A program made the position numbers and the translations under genes. DNA of 64,000 bases from the NCBI GenBank assembly GCA_902602885.1, contig CACKSM010000003.1, positions 17,573 through 81,572 on the forward strand, written 5' to 3'. Of the stretch, positions 19,457 through 29,569 are shown piece after piece. This stretch comes from an uncultured Alphaproteobacteria bacterium (GTDB lineage: Bacteria > Pseudomonadota > Alphaproteobacteria > HIMB59 > GCA-002718135). Under the pieces are notes generated by a model that made no database searches, had not been told where the DNA came from, and worked only from the letters and a program-made list of their open reading frames with translations. The stretch's first letter is position 1, and every line of letters begins with the position of its first letter.

Positions 19457-19617
19457 TGAAATTTCTAGTTTTATTTGTAATTTTAGCTTCTATTTTATTA
19501 ATTTTAAGATTTAAGAAAAAAAAACAAGACAAATTCACTAATAATAAAGTAAATAATGACTCAGTAATCGATTTAGAGAAAGATCCAAGAACGAAAGAAT
19601 ATAAACCAAAAGATTAA
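19456..19617 (+). CDS. Unannotated 53-aa single-TM protein ([23 protein letters not shown]...[15 protein letters not shown])
   Basis: TAATG coupling to the sppA stop; ends 7 nt before the GlyRS start; N-terminal TM followed by a basic stop-transfer segment. Confidence 0.75.
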   Translation: MKFLVLFVILASILLILRFKKKKQDKFTNNKVNNDSVIDLEKDPRTKEYKPKD

Positions 19618-19624
19618 GAGTTAT

Positions 19625-20986
19625 ATGACTGCACAAACAATGGAAGAGTTAGTTTCTCTTTGTAAAAGAAGAGGTTTTCTATTTCAATCAAATGACATCT
19701 ATGGCGGTATTAAGGGGTTGTATGATTATGGACCAATGGGAGTCGAGTTCAAAAATAATCTTAAACAAGCTTGGTGGAAATCAATGGTATATGAGCGAGA
19801 TGATACCGAAGGTTTGGATGCCTCAATTTTAAGTTCTCCAGTAGTTCTAAAACATTCAGGCCATGAAGATACTTTTACCGATCCTCTCGTTGATTGTCGG
19901 GCATGTAAGTCAAGGTGGAGAGCAGATCAATTATTTGAAAATAATAAATGCCCAAATTGTAAATCGGAAGATCTTACTGAGCCAAGACCTTTTAATTTAA
20001 TGTTTAAAACTGCAATTGGACCAGTAGATGATGGTTCGTCATTTGCATACTTAAGACCAGAAACGTGTCAGCAAATTTTTACTAATTTTAAAAATATATT
20101 AGATTCAACTTCTAGAACTGTTCCTTTTGGTATCGCACAAATGGGAAAAGCATTTAGAAATGAAATAACACCTCGTAATTTTATTTTTAGAGTTAGAGAG
20201 TTTGAACAAATGGAATTAGAGTTTTTTGTTAAACCAGGCACTGATGATGAATGGCATGAATATTGGATAAATAAGAGAATAGAGTGGTGGGTTAATCAAG
20301 GAATAAAAAAAGAAAATTTAAAAAAAATTGAAGTAGAAAAAGATGAGCTAGCTCACTACTCAAAAAGAACCGTTGATATCAATTATGTGTTTCCTCACGG
20401 TGAAGAGGAACTAGAAGGGGTAGCCAATAGAACTGACTTTGACTTAGGTTCTCATACTAAAAATCAAAACGATTTTAAAATTACATCAGAAGTTATGAAA
20501 AACTCCTCTTCAACTACAAAACTAGCTGTTCAAGATTTAGAAGAAAAAAAATGGTATATTCCTTACGTAATTGAGCCATCAGCTGGTGTTGATAGAGGAG
20601 TTCTTGCTTTGTTAAATGAAGCTTATCGTGAAGAAAATGTAGATAAAGATAATAAAAGAATTCTTTTATCTCTAAAACCTCATCTTTCACCTATTAAAGC
20701 TGCAGTTATTCCTCTCAAAAAGAATAATGAGGAATTAGTTAATTTATCTAAAGAAATAAAATCTAATCTACAGAAATTGGGATTAGGTAGAGTTGTTTTA
20801 GAAAATTCAGGAAACATTGGTAAGAATTATAGAAGACATGATGAAATAGGAACACCAATTTGTTTAACTGTAGATTTTGAAACTCTAGAAGATAAAAGTG
20901 TTACTGTTAGGGATAGAGATACTATGAAACAGGAAAGAGTTTCTATCGAAAATTTATCTGAATATTACAAAAAATATTTCAACTAA
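19625..20986 (+). CDS. glyQS: Glycine--tRNA ligase, homodimeric alpha2 (archaeal/eukaryotic-like) type
   Basis: [49 protein letters not shown] and a C-terminal anticodon-binding domain ([10 protein letters not shown]). Confidence 0.95.
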   Translation: MTAQTMEELVSLCKRRGFLFQSNDIYGGIKGLYDYGPMGVEFKNNLKQAWWKSMVYERDDTEGLDASILSSPVVLKHSGHEDTFTDPLVDCRACKSRWRADQLFENNKCPNCKSEDLTEPRPFNLMFKTAIGPVDDGSSFAYLRPETCQQIFTNFKNILDSTSRTVPFGIAQMGKAFRNEITPRNFIFRVREFEQMELEFFVKPGTDDEWHEYWINKRIEWWVNQGIKKENLKKIEVEKDELAHYSKRTVDINYVFPHGEEELEGVANRTDFDLGSHTKNQNDFKITSEVMKNSSSTTKLAVQDLEEKKWYIPYVIEPSAGVDRGVLALLNEAYREENVDKDNKRILLSLKPHLSPIKAAVIPLKKNNEELVNLSKEIKSNLQKLGLGRVVLENSGNIGKNYRRHDEIGTPICLTVDFETLEDKSVTVRDRDTMKQERVSIENLSEYYKKYFN

Positions 20987-20995
20987 TATAATTGT

Positions 20996-22144
20996 ATGAA
21001 AAAAGTTAGTGATATTCATGCTATTAAAATTATTTTTTTTATAACTGCTTGTTATGTAGGTTTATGGGCTATTAGGATACCTACCATAAAGGATCAACTT
21101 CAAACTGATTATGTCGGTGTTGGATATATTATGTTGTCATTTGCAATTGGTTCAATTGTTGCAATGATTTTTGCAAATGCTCTTATTCTGAAAACTTCTA
21201 CAAAATCTATTTTAACATGCACCTTAATTGCTGAAGGTTGTTTGTGGTTGCCAGTACCTTTCATTCAAGAGTTATGGCTTTTTATGGTTTTCTCATTTGT
21301 TTTTGGTATGAGTTATGGTGCATTCGAAATAGCATGCAATGTTTATGCATCAAATTTAGAAGTTAGGGAAAAAAAATCAATGATGTCAGGGTTTCATGCA
21401 TTTTGGAGTCTTGGAGTTTTATTTGGATCTCTAATTACAAGCTTTTTACTAGAGTTGAATTTTTCTTTTATTTTTAATATACTTTTGTATGTCATCATTC
21501 TTCTTCCTTTGAGTTTGTATTTTGTACTTTGTTTAGAGTCACAAGTTGAAACAAAATCAGAAGACGCCAGTAAAAAAAATATATTTTTTATTTGGCCCTT
21601 ACTGATTTTTTTATTAGCATTAATTGCAATGGCAAATGCTCTAACGGAAGGAAGTGTTGATGCATGGGGAGCTCTCTATATGAGAGATTTTATTCAAGTT
21701 GATGGTTTTTATATCGGCTTAGCAACTCTAAGTTTTAATATTTTTATGGTTATCGGAAGATTTAGTGGTGATTGGGTAAGAGATAAAATTGGAGTTTTTC
21801 TTTTGATTTTCTTTTTATTTTTATCGACGATTATAAGTTTAATAATTTTATCTAATTTCAGCAGTATTTATGCAGCTATTATTGGTTTTTCATTATTAGG
21901 TATCGGAGCATCTTCAATTGTTCCTATCGCATATAGTTTAGCTGGAAAAATTGAGGGAATTGACAGTGGAGTAGGGATAACAATCATTTCAATTGCAGTT
22001 TATGGAACATTTATAGGGGCTCCAGCTTCATTAGGATTTATAGCAAACAACTATGGAATTAATAATATATTTGTTCCAATGCTAATAATTTTTATGATTT
22101 TAATAATTCCAGTAAGTTTTTATAGAAAAAAATTTTCAGTTTAA
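20996..22144 (+). CDS. MFS transporter
   Basis: About 12 TM segments; WAIRIP, MMSGFHAFWSLG and EGSVDAW motifs. Confidence 0.88.
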   Translation: MKKVSDIHAIKIIFFITACYVGLWAIRIPTIKDQLQTDYVGVGYIMLSFAIGSIVAMIFANALILKTSTKSILTCTLIAEGCLWLPVPFIQELWLFMVFSFVFGMSYGAFEIACNVYASNLEVREKKSMMSGFHAFWSLGVLFGSLITSFLLELNFSFIFNILLYVIILLPLSLYFVLCLESQVETKSEDASKKNIFFIWPLLIFLLALIAMANALTEGSVDAWGALYMRDFIQVDGFYIGLATLSFNIFMVIGRFSGDWVRDKIGVFLLIFFLFLSTIISLIILSNFSSIYAAIIGFSLLGIGASSIVPIAYSLAGKIEGIDSGVGITIISIAVYGTFIGAPASLGFIANNYGINNIFVPMLIIFMILIIPVSFYRKKFSV

Positions 22145-22966
22145 AAAATCAAAAGATAATGAATCATTAATTACTAAATTTTGATTTTTATTTTTTATTT
22201 CATTAACAAAATTAATGTTTAATACTGCAAAAATATTTGAATTTGCTTTTGATACAATTGTACCTATTTTTTTATTATCTACTATCAACTCATCTCCCTC
22301 TAGAACATCTCCACTTTTTATTTTTAAAGCGTAAAGTTTTTTCTTGAGTAATCCACGGTATTTCGTCCTTGCAGTAATTTCTTGACCCACATAGCATCCT
22401 TTATCCCAATCAATAGCATTTAAATTATCAAAATTATTTTCTAATAATAAAGATTTATTTTCTAAAATATCAAATGGTGAATACGGTGTTGTATGATTAA
22501 TTAAAATTTCATGATATTCTGTTTCATTAATTTCTTTCAATCGCTCTTTTTCAATTAAAATTTTTTTATTCGTTATAAGTTTTTTTCCTAAGTTTATATT
22601 TCTAGGGTCATTTAAATAAACATTATAATCACCTTCATAATCTATATTAAATAATGAATAAGAATTTAGATTATTAATTTCTTTAATTTCTATATCAGAG
22701 CGAAGTTTATAAATTTTTAATCGTCCTAATAAATTACTATAAAATTTATCATTAGTTTCAAAGATATAGTTTTCACTTATATTGAATATAAAAAAATCTG
22801 CTAAAAATTTACCCTGAGGTGTTAATAGACATGAATAAATAATTGATCCATCGTTACATTTTTCAATGTCATTAGTAATTAAATTTTGAATAAATGATTT
22901 ACTATCTTTTCCAGAAATCTCAAAAAATCTTGAATTCAGATGATGAAAAAAGTATTTATCTTTCAT
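22136..22966 (-). CDS. ygfZ: Folate-binding Fe-S/tRNA-modification protein YgfZ
   Basis: LLTPQGK and KGCYVGQE signature. Confidence 0.93.
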   Translation of the reverse strand: MKDKYFFHHLNSRFFEISGKDSKSFIQNLITNDIEKCNDGSIIYSCLLTPQGKFLADFFIFNISENYIFETNDKFYSNLLGRLKIYKLRSDIEIKEINNLNSYSLFNIDYEGDYNVYLNDPRNINLGKKLITNKKILIEKERLKEINETEYHEILINHTTPYSPFDILENKSLLLENNFDNLNAIDWDKGCYVGQEITARTKYRGLLKKKLYALKIKSGDVLEGDELIVDNKKIGTIVSKANSNIFAVLNINFVNEIKNKNQNLVINDSLSFDFLN

Positions 22967-23011
22967 AATTATCTAAATATATATTGAATATATTAAAAGT
23001 GTAATATTTCT

Positions 23012-23935
23012 GTGAAAATTCTTGTTATTTCGTCAAATCTTATTGGAGATACTATTCTATCAACTGGAGTAATAAATTATTTTAGTCAAAAATATCCTGA
23101 AACTAAATTTACATTTATAATTGGTCCATCTGCTAAATCAATTTTCAAAAACTTTAAATCTGTAGAAAACATAATCACTGTTTCAAAAAAAAGATACAAT
23201 ATGCATTGGTTAGATATAATTTCTAATTGTTATGGAAAGAAGTGGGATATAATTATTGATTTTAGAAGTTCGTTGTTATCATATTTTTTAAAACATAAGC
23301 AAAAATTTATTTTTAAAAAAAAATCTAATCTAAACCATGTACAGCAATTATCTAATTACTTTAAATTTGATTGTTCAGATTTGTTTATTGAGACAAATAC
23401 AGAAGAAGAAGAAATAGTTACAAAACATTTGACCGATGAATTTAAATATTTTGTTATATTTCCAGGTGGAAATTGGAAACCAAAAATTTGGAGTATTAAA
23501 AATTATAATTCACTATTAATCAAAATTTTATCTCAAAATAAAAATATTAAATTTATTTTAGTTGGTTCAAAGTCGGAAGAAGAAAATTATTTAAATGAAA
23601 TAACAAAAAATATTGATAGTAATAAGATAATTAATTTATTTGGTGCATCATTGACTCAAACTGCTGCTTATATGAAGAAATCAAAATTATTTATTGGAAA
23701 TGATTCAGGATTATCACATATGGCTTCAGCCACAAAATTAAAGTCTATAGTATTATTTGGCCCAACAAATGATATGATTTATGGTCCATTTATGCAAGAT
23801 TCACAAGTTATAAGAACAAATGAAAGCTACGACCATTTTAAAAGTATAAATATTGATAAAAGAAAGTCCTATATGGACTCTATAAGCGTAGAAAAGATTT
23901 ATTCTATATTACAAAAAAATAATTATTGTGAATAA
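23012..23935 (+). CDS. GT9 family glycosyltransferase (heptosyltransferase-like)
   Basis: IGDTILST, IGNDSGLSHMA and LFGPT motifs. Confidence 0.9.
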   Translation: MKILVISSNLIGDTILSTGVINYFSQKYPETKFTFIIGPSAKSIFKNFKSVENIITVSKKRYNMHWLDIISNCYGKKWDIIIDFRSSLLSYFLKHKQKFIFKKKSNLNHVQQLSNYFKFDCSDLFIETNTEEEEIVTKHLTDEFKYFVIFPGGNWKPKIWSIKNYNSLLIKILSQNKNIKFILVGSKSEEENYLNEITKNIDSNKIINLFGASLTQTAAYMKKSKLFIGNDSGLSHMASATKLKSIVLFGPTNDMIYGPFMQDSQVIRTNESYDHFKSINIDKRKSYMDSISVEKIYSILQKNNYCE

Positions 23936-24962
23936 AAATATTGAAATAATTCAGCCTGATGATTGGCATGTACATTTTAGAGAAGGTGACATGTTAGAAA
24001 TGGTTACTAATTTCTCCTCAAGAATAAATAATAGATGTGTGGCAATGCCAAATACAGAAATTCCCATAACAGATACTAATAAAGCTTCTGCTTATAAAGA
24101 GCTTTTAAATAAAGCATCTAGTAATAATTTTGAACCACTTATACCTTGTTATTTAAATGAAAATTTAGATTTAGAAGATTTTAGAAAAGGTATACAAAAT
24201 AAAGTTTTCTTTGGGTCTAAACTTTATCCCTCAAATGCAACTACAAACTCAAGTCATGGGGTGAATGACATTTCAAAAATCTTTAAATTTTTAGAGATTT
24301 TAGAAGAAGAAAAAAGTCCATTACTAATACACGGTGAAAAAGTAGCTGAAGATATAGATATTTTTGATAGAGAAAAATATTTTATAGATGATGAATTAAG
24401 CATTATTAGAAAAAAATTCCCCCTTTTAAAAATCACACTTGAACATGTATCAACTTCATATGGAGTTAATTATGTGAAAGAAAATGAAAATATTGCAGGA
24501 ACAATTACACCTCACCACATGCTTTTAACAAAAAAAGATGTATTTCATGATGATTCTATTAATCCTCATCATTTTTGTATGCCAGTTGTTAAAAACGAAA
24601 CAGATTTAATAGAATTAAGAAAAGCTGCATGTCACAATAATTCCAAATTTTTTTTAGGTACGGACTCAGCACCACATCCAATTCAAGAAAAAAAACCAGA
24701 TATGTCATCTAAGCCAGGCATATTTTCATCTCCTTGCTCAATAGAATTATATGCAGAAATTTTTGACCAAGAAAATGCAATTGATAAGTTAGAGATATTT
24801 TGTTCAATTAATGGTGCAAAACATTATAGTTTTCCAATCAATGATAAAAAAATTAAATTAGAAAAAAAAGAATGGATTATGTCAGAATTATCTAGTTATA
24901 ATGACATTCAGGTTAAGAATTTTTATGCTAATAAAAAAATTAATTGGAAAGTAGTCCATTAA
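23928..24962 (+). CDS. pyrC: Dihydroorotase (type II)
   Basis: PDDWHVHFR, AMPN, KLYP..ATTNS and FLGTDSAPH motifs. Confidence 0.95.
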   Translation: MNKNIEIIQPDDWHVHFREGDMLEMVTNFSSRINNRCVAMPNTEIPITDTNKASAYKELLNKASSNNFEPLIPCYLNENLDLEDFRKGIQNKVFFGSKLYPSNATTNSSHGVNDISKIFKFLEILEEEKSPLLIHGEKVAEDIDIFDREKYFIDDELSIIRKKFPLLKITLEHVSTSYGVNYVKENENIAGTITPHHMLLTKKDVFHDDSINPHHFCMPVVKNETDLIELRKAACHNNSKFFLGTDSAPHPIQEKKPDMSSKPGIFSSPCSIELYAEIFDQENAIDKLEIFCSINGAKHYSFPINDKKIKLEKKEWIMSELSSYNDIQVKNFYANKKINWKVVH

Positions 24963-24979
24963 TCTTTATAGAAATATTA

Positions 24980-25336
24980 ATGTCATTAGGAACAAAAATC
25001 TATACTTGGCTTAAGGGAAACTTAGTTGGTAGTGATGAATTAGGAAATAAATATTACTGCAGTTCTAAAGATTCTAAAAATTTAAAAGCAAAAAGATGGG
25101 TGATTTTTAAAGGCGAAATAGAAGCTTCAAATATACCACCACACTGGCATGCCTGGCTTCACAAATCGATTGATAATCCTCCACTTGACTATTCGCATAA
25201 ATATAAATGGCAAAAAAATCATAAACCAAATATGACTGGTACTAGTGATGCATATTTCCCATCATCTCATCCTCTTTCAAAAAATTATGACCCAGAAAAA
25301 AAAGAAGAAGAATATAAATCTTGGACTCCTAATTAG
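24980..25336 (+). CDS. NADH:ubiquinone oxidoreductase subunit NDUFA12 family protein
   Basis: VGSDELGNKYY, RWV, IPPHWHAWLH, HKPNMTGT and YKSWTP motifs. Confidence 0.9.
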   Translation: MSLGTKIYTWLKGNLVGSDELGNKYYCSSKDSKNLKAKRWVIFKGEIEASNIPPHWHAWLHKSIDNPPLDYSHKYKWQKNHKPNMTGTSDAYFPSSHPLSKNYDPEKKEEEYKSWTPN

Positions 25337-25691
25337 AGTAACATTTTTTTTTCTTCTACCGTTAACTGTTTCTGCTGAGACTATTGAAAAAAAATATGCT
25401 TCTTTTAAGTTATTAAACAAGACTACTAATAAAGTTTCTACTAAGGATATTTTGGTAAGATCGAAAATATCATGGGAAACTTTAAATATTGAAGTTTTGT
25501 ATTGCGGTAGCACTCCTCCAACTGAAATTCCTGAAGACTATGTTTTGATAGATGTATACGATACTATCAATAATGAAAATACTAATATTTATAAAGGCTG
25601 GATGATTTCTTCTTCCCCCGATGTTACTCCTTTAGAAAATCCTATTTATGATCTTTGGTTAGTTGGTTGTAGTAACGATAAGACTTCTTGA
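25287..25691 (+). CDS. DUF2155 domain protein, likely exported
   Basis: LNKTT, GWMISSSP and LENPIYDLWLVGC motifs. ATG 25287 gives a signal-peptide-like N-terminus. Confidence 0.82.
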   Translation: MTQKKKKKNINLGLLIRVTFFFLLPLTVSAETIEKKYASFKLLNKTTNKVSTKDILVRSKISWETLNIEVLYCGSTPPTEIPEDYVLIDVYDTINNENTNIYKGWMISSSPDVTPLENPIYDLWLVGCSNDKTS

Positions 25692-26299
25692 AAATTATTA
25701 ACTTCCTTAAAAAAACTTTCAATCTCTAAACTTTCTTTTAGTTTATTTTCATAAATTTCAGTTTCCATCTCATACGCTCCAAACTGAACTAAATGAGGAT
25801 TGAAAAACTGTGAATCTAAAATAGAAAAATTATTTTTTTTTAATATTGCCAATAAATAAAGTAGACAAAACTTACTTGTATTGGTCTTTAAACTAAACAT
25901 GCTTTCACCAAAAAAACATGATCCTATATGTAAACCGTATAAACCACCAATCAGATTATCATCTTCATAACATTCTACACTGTGACATTTACCTATTTTG
26001 TGTAATTCAATATATGTATCTAAAATAATTTCATTAATCCAAGTATCTTGATCTTTTCTTTTAATTTCTTTGCATAACTCTATAACTTTTGCAAAATTTT
26101 GATCAATTTTAAAACTATATTTTGTTTTTTTAAACTCACTAAAAAGTTTCTTTGGATAATGAAAATTTGAAATTGGAATGATAAATCTTAATTTGGGTTT
26201 ATAAAATTTTATTTCTTCAGAATACTTACTATCAGCCATCGGAAAGTAAGCTTTTTTATAAAATTCTATTAAGCTGTTTAAATCAATTATTTTACTCAA
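25646..26299 (-). CDS. aat: Leucyl/phenylalanyl-tRNA--protein transferase
   Basis: FPMA, TWI, HSVE, GGLYG and FFGESMFS motifs. Confidence 0.94.
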   Translation of the reverse strand: MSKIIDLNSLIEFYKKAYFPMADSKYSEEIKFYKPKLRFIIPISNFHYPKKLFSEFKKTKYSFKIDQNFAKVIELCKEIKRKDQDTWINEIILDTYIELHKIGKCHSVECYEDDNLIGGLYGLHIGSCFFGESMFSLKTNTSKFCLLYLLAILKKNNFSILDSQFFNPHLVQFGAYEMETEIYENKLKESLEIESFFKEVNNFQEVLSLLQPTNQRS

Positions 26300-27623
26300 T
26301 TAAATTTGACATAAAATTAATGTTGTAACTTCCTCTTTTAAATTCATCAGTTTGAATAATTTTTTGATGTAGTTGAATATTAGTATTTATTCCCATAATT
26401 ACATATTCTTCTAGTGCTCTATTCATTTTTTTTAGAGCTTCTGATCTTGTTGCGCCATAGGTAATTAGCTTACCAATCATGCTATCATAGTGGGATGGAA
26501 TTGAGTATCCATCATAAACCGCTGAATCTACTCGAATGCCTAGTCCTCCAGGTTGATGATATTGTGTTATCTTACCAGGTGATGGTATAAAACTCTCTGG
26601 ATGTTCGGCATTAATTCGGCATTCAATTGAACTACCTTTAAGTTTTATATCCTCTTGTTTGATTGTAAGTTTTTCACCATTAGCAACAAGAATTTGTTCC
26701 TTAACAAGATCTATTCCGGTAACCATTTCTGTTACTGGGTGCTCAACTTGTAATCTTGTATTCATTTCCATAAAATAAAATTCATTATTTTCATATAAAA
26801 ATTCTAATGTTCCAACTCCTTCATATCTGATTTCTTTCATAGATTTTCTACAAAGTTCGGAAATTTTTTCTCTATTTTCATTTGTTAAAACTGAACTTGG
26901 ACTCTCTTCAATAAGTTTTTGATGTTTTCTTTGAATTGAGCAATCTCTTTCTCCAAGAGTAACAACATTTCCAAATGAATCACAAAGAACTTGAATTTCG
27001 ATATGTTTTGGAGATGTTAAAAATTTTTCTAAATAAACATTTTCATCATTAAATGATTTTTTTGCTTCAATTTTTGCTTCATTTATAGCTTTATTCAAAT
27101 CATCTTCTTCTGTGACAATTCTCATTCCTTTTCCACCACCACCACTCGCTGCTTTTACTATAATTGGGTATTTTACTTTTTTTATAAATTCTTCAATTTT
27201 AATTTTATCACTTAAATCATTTATTCCTTTTACTGTGGGCACTCCAGTTTCATCCATTATTTTTTTTGCATCAATTTTGTTACCCATCATTTTAATATGT
27301 TCTGATTTTGGTCCAATAAATTTAATATTGTGTTCTTCAATAATTTCGGCAAACCTTTGATTTTCACTTAAAAAACCATATCCAGGATGAATTGCATCTA
27401 CATCAGTTAATGTTGCAGCAGTTATAATTGCAGGTATGTTTAAATAACTGGATTGTGCAGAAGCTGGTCCAACACAAATACTTTCATCTGCCATTCTTAC
27501 ATGCATTGCATTTTCATCAACATCAGAGTGAATGGCTACAGTTTTTATTCCTAATTCCCTGCAGGCTCTAAGAACACGTAAAGCAATTTCACCTCTATTA
27601 GCTATCAGTATTTTTTTGAACAT
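26292..27623 (-). CDS. accC: Acetyl-CoA carboxylase biotin carboxylase
   Basis: KILIANRGEIA, HPGYGFLSEN, GGGGKGMR and EMNTRLQVEH motifs. Confidence 0.97.
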   Translation of the reverse strand: MFKKILIANRGEIALRVLRACRELGIKTVAIHSDVDENAMHVRMADESICVGPASAQSSYLNIPAIITAATLTDVDAIHPGYGFLSENQRFAEIIEEHNIKFIGPKSEHIKMMGNKIDAKKIMDETGVPTVKGINDLSDKIKIEEFIKKVKYPIIVKAASGGGGKGMRIVTEEDDLNKAINEAKIEAKKSFNDENVYLEKFLTSPKHIEIQVLCDSFGNVVTLGERDCSIQRKHQKLIEESPSSVLTNENREKISELCRKSMKEIRYEGVGTLEFLYENNEFYFMEMNTRLQVEHPVTEMVTGIDLVKEQILVANGEKLTIKQEDIKLKGSSIECRINAEHPESFIPSPGKITQYHQPGGLGIRVDSAVYDGYSIPSHYDSMIGKLITYGATRSEALKKMNRALEEYVIMGINTNIQLHQKIIQTDEFKRGSYNINFMSNLIE

Positions 27624-28069
27624 TATTCAAAAATTATAAGAGTGTCACCATATTCAACGGGCTGGCTATTCAACGCGACTATTTTTTTGATAACTCCAGA
27701 TCTAGGAGCTTTAATTTCATTAAAAGTTTTCATCGCCTCAATTAACAATAAAGTATCACCGGCTTTAACATGTTGACCAACTTTAATATAAGGCTGCGAA
27801 TTTGGATCAGCAGAAAGATAAGCTACTCCTACCATTGGAGATTTAACAATATTATCTTCATTTACAACATCATTTTTATTTTCAACCTCTTTAACTTCAG
27901 TATTTTTTTCTATTTTTTGAACGGAAACATTGTTTTCAATGAAGTCATTTGAAGTAATCTCAATTTCATAATCATTTTTTTTTATTTTTATTTTAGCAAC
28001 ACTATTGATTTTTGATTCTTTAACGATTAACTTTATATTCTCTAAATCTGTTTTATCTATTTTAGTCAT
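27623..28069 (-). CDS. accB: Biotin carboxyl carrier protein
   Basis: SPMVG and the EAMKTFN biotinylation site. Confidence 0.96.
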   Translation of the reverse strand: MTKIDKTDLENIKLIVKESKINSVAKIKIKKNDYEIEITSNDFIENNVSVQKIEKNTEVKEVENKNDVVNEDNIVKSPMVGVAYLSADPNSQPYIKVGQHVKAGDTLLLIEAMKTFNEIKAPRSGVIKKIVALNSQPVEYGDTLIIFE

Positions 28070-28071
28070 AC

Positions 28072-28509
28072 TTATTTATAAATTAATTTGCATAATGCTT
28101 CAATTCCTAGAAGATAACTATTTCCACCAAATCCGCATATCAAACCATGCACTCCTTCGGAAGTAATACTTTTTTTTCTATAATCCTCTCTTGAATAAAT
28201 ATTTGAAAGATGAATTTCTATCTTGGGCTTATTTATTGCTCTTAATGAATCTAGAATGGCTATTGATGAATGAGTAAATGCTGCTGGATTGATAATTAGA
28301 CCATCAAATTTATCATTTACTTCATGAATTTTATCAATTATCTCGCCTTCGTTATTAGATTGGAAAAAAATAATTTCTAAGTTCTTCTCTATACCTTTTT
28401 TTTCACAATCAGATTTAATCTTATCTAAACTGTCTTTGCCATAAATATCATCTTCTCTATTACCTAATAGATTTAGGTTAGGGCCATTAATAATTATTAT
28501 TTTTTTCAT
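28072..28509 (-). CDS. aroQ: Type II 3-dehydroquinate dehydratase
   Basis: NGPNLNLLG.RE, NPAAFTH and EIHLSN motifs. Confidence 0.96.
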   Translation of the reverse strand: MKKIIIINGPNLNLLGNREDDIYGKDSLDKIKSDCEKKGIEKNLEIIFFQSNNEGEIIDKIHEVNDKFDGLIINPAAFTHSSIAILDSLRAINKPKIEIHLSNIYSREDYRKKSITSEGVHGLICGFGGNSYLLGIEALCKLIYK

Positions 28510-28510
28510 T

Positions 28511-29569
28511 CTATTTAAAATGCTTACTTAATTTTAAACCTTGGTTCTGATAATTTGATTTAATATCTTTTCCGTATACAATATTACTATTTTTGTTCAA
28601 CTTTTCATATTTAATTCTAGCTATAGTTTGACCATCTTCTAACAAAAAAGGCACTTCATTTGTTTTTACTTCCAGAACTGCATATGATCCTCTACCTAGA
28701 CCAAAACCAGGATCAAAAAAACCTGCATAATGTGCTCTGAAGTCTCCAATGCCTGTATCGTATGGTATCATTTCTCCAGCTAAATTTGATGGTATTACTA
28801 CTTTCTCTTTTGATCTTAAAATATAAAACTTGTTTTTTTCAATTACTAATTTTTTATTGTCTTTTTTAATTATATTCCAAAAATCATTTATTTTATGAGA
28901 TTTAATTTTAGAAAAATTAAGCACTGGAGTATGTTTTTTGGCTACGTAAGCAACTATATTTGATCCAGCTAGTTCAACTGATAACTTTAATCCGTTATCA
29001 ATTTTAACATTGTCTCTAGTTTGATTTGAAATTTTTCGTTTTTTATTCAGGTTAATTAGTTGTTTATCAGTCAAATAATTATGATTTTTACTCACAAGTC
29101 TCAATTGATTTAAAGAATTATTTTTTTTAAAAGATATATCAAATGATCTTGATGTTATTTCTAAAAAAATCTCACCTTTATAATTTTTAGGAATTTTTTC
29201 GTATTCTTCTGCATAATCAACAAGTGTTCTGCAAAAAATATCTAATCTCCCGGTGCTACTTTTAGGGTTGCAGTGACCAAATATATTATTTTTCAAGTAA
29301 AGACTTTCATTCAGTTTAACAATGTAAGTCTTGTTTTTTCTAAATATAAATTCTTTACTTAGATTTATTTTTTTAATAGCTAAATCTTTTAATTTATCTC
29401 TAACTTTTGAATTATAGGATAAAAAGCTATACTTAATTTCATAGCATTCCTCACTTAATGACAAATCCATGCTTGATGGTTGTATTTGATTATTTTTAAT
29501 ATTTTCAGTGATTATTAAATTTTTATTAATTAAATTTATATAATCTTGATATACTAGAGATCCACTCAT
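28511..29569 (-). CDS. dcd: 2'-deoxycytidine 5'-triphosphate deaminase (long alphaproteobacterial type)
   Basis: QIQPSSMDL, NPKSSTGRLD, HYAGFFDPGFG and SNYQNQGLKLSKHF motifs. Confidence 0.88.
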   Translation of the reverse strand: MSGSLVYQDYINLINKNLIITENIKNNQIQPSSMDLSLSEECYEIKYSFLSYNSKVRDKLKDLAIKKINLSKEFIFRKNKTYIVKLNESLYLKNNIFGHCNPKSSTGRLDIFCRTLVDYAEEYEKIPKNYKGEIFLEITSRSFDISFKKNNSLNQLRLVSKNHNYLTDKQLINLNKKRKISNQTRDNVKIDNGLKLSVELAGSNIVAYVAKKHTPVLNFSKIKSHKINDFWNIIKKDNKKLVIEKNKFYILRSKEKVVIPSNLAGEMIPYDTGIGDFRAHYAGFFDPGFGLGRGSYAVLEVKTNEVPFLLEDGQTIARIKYEKLNKNSNIVYGKDIKSNYQNQGLKLSKHFK

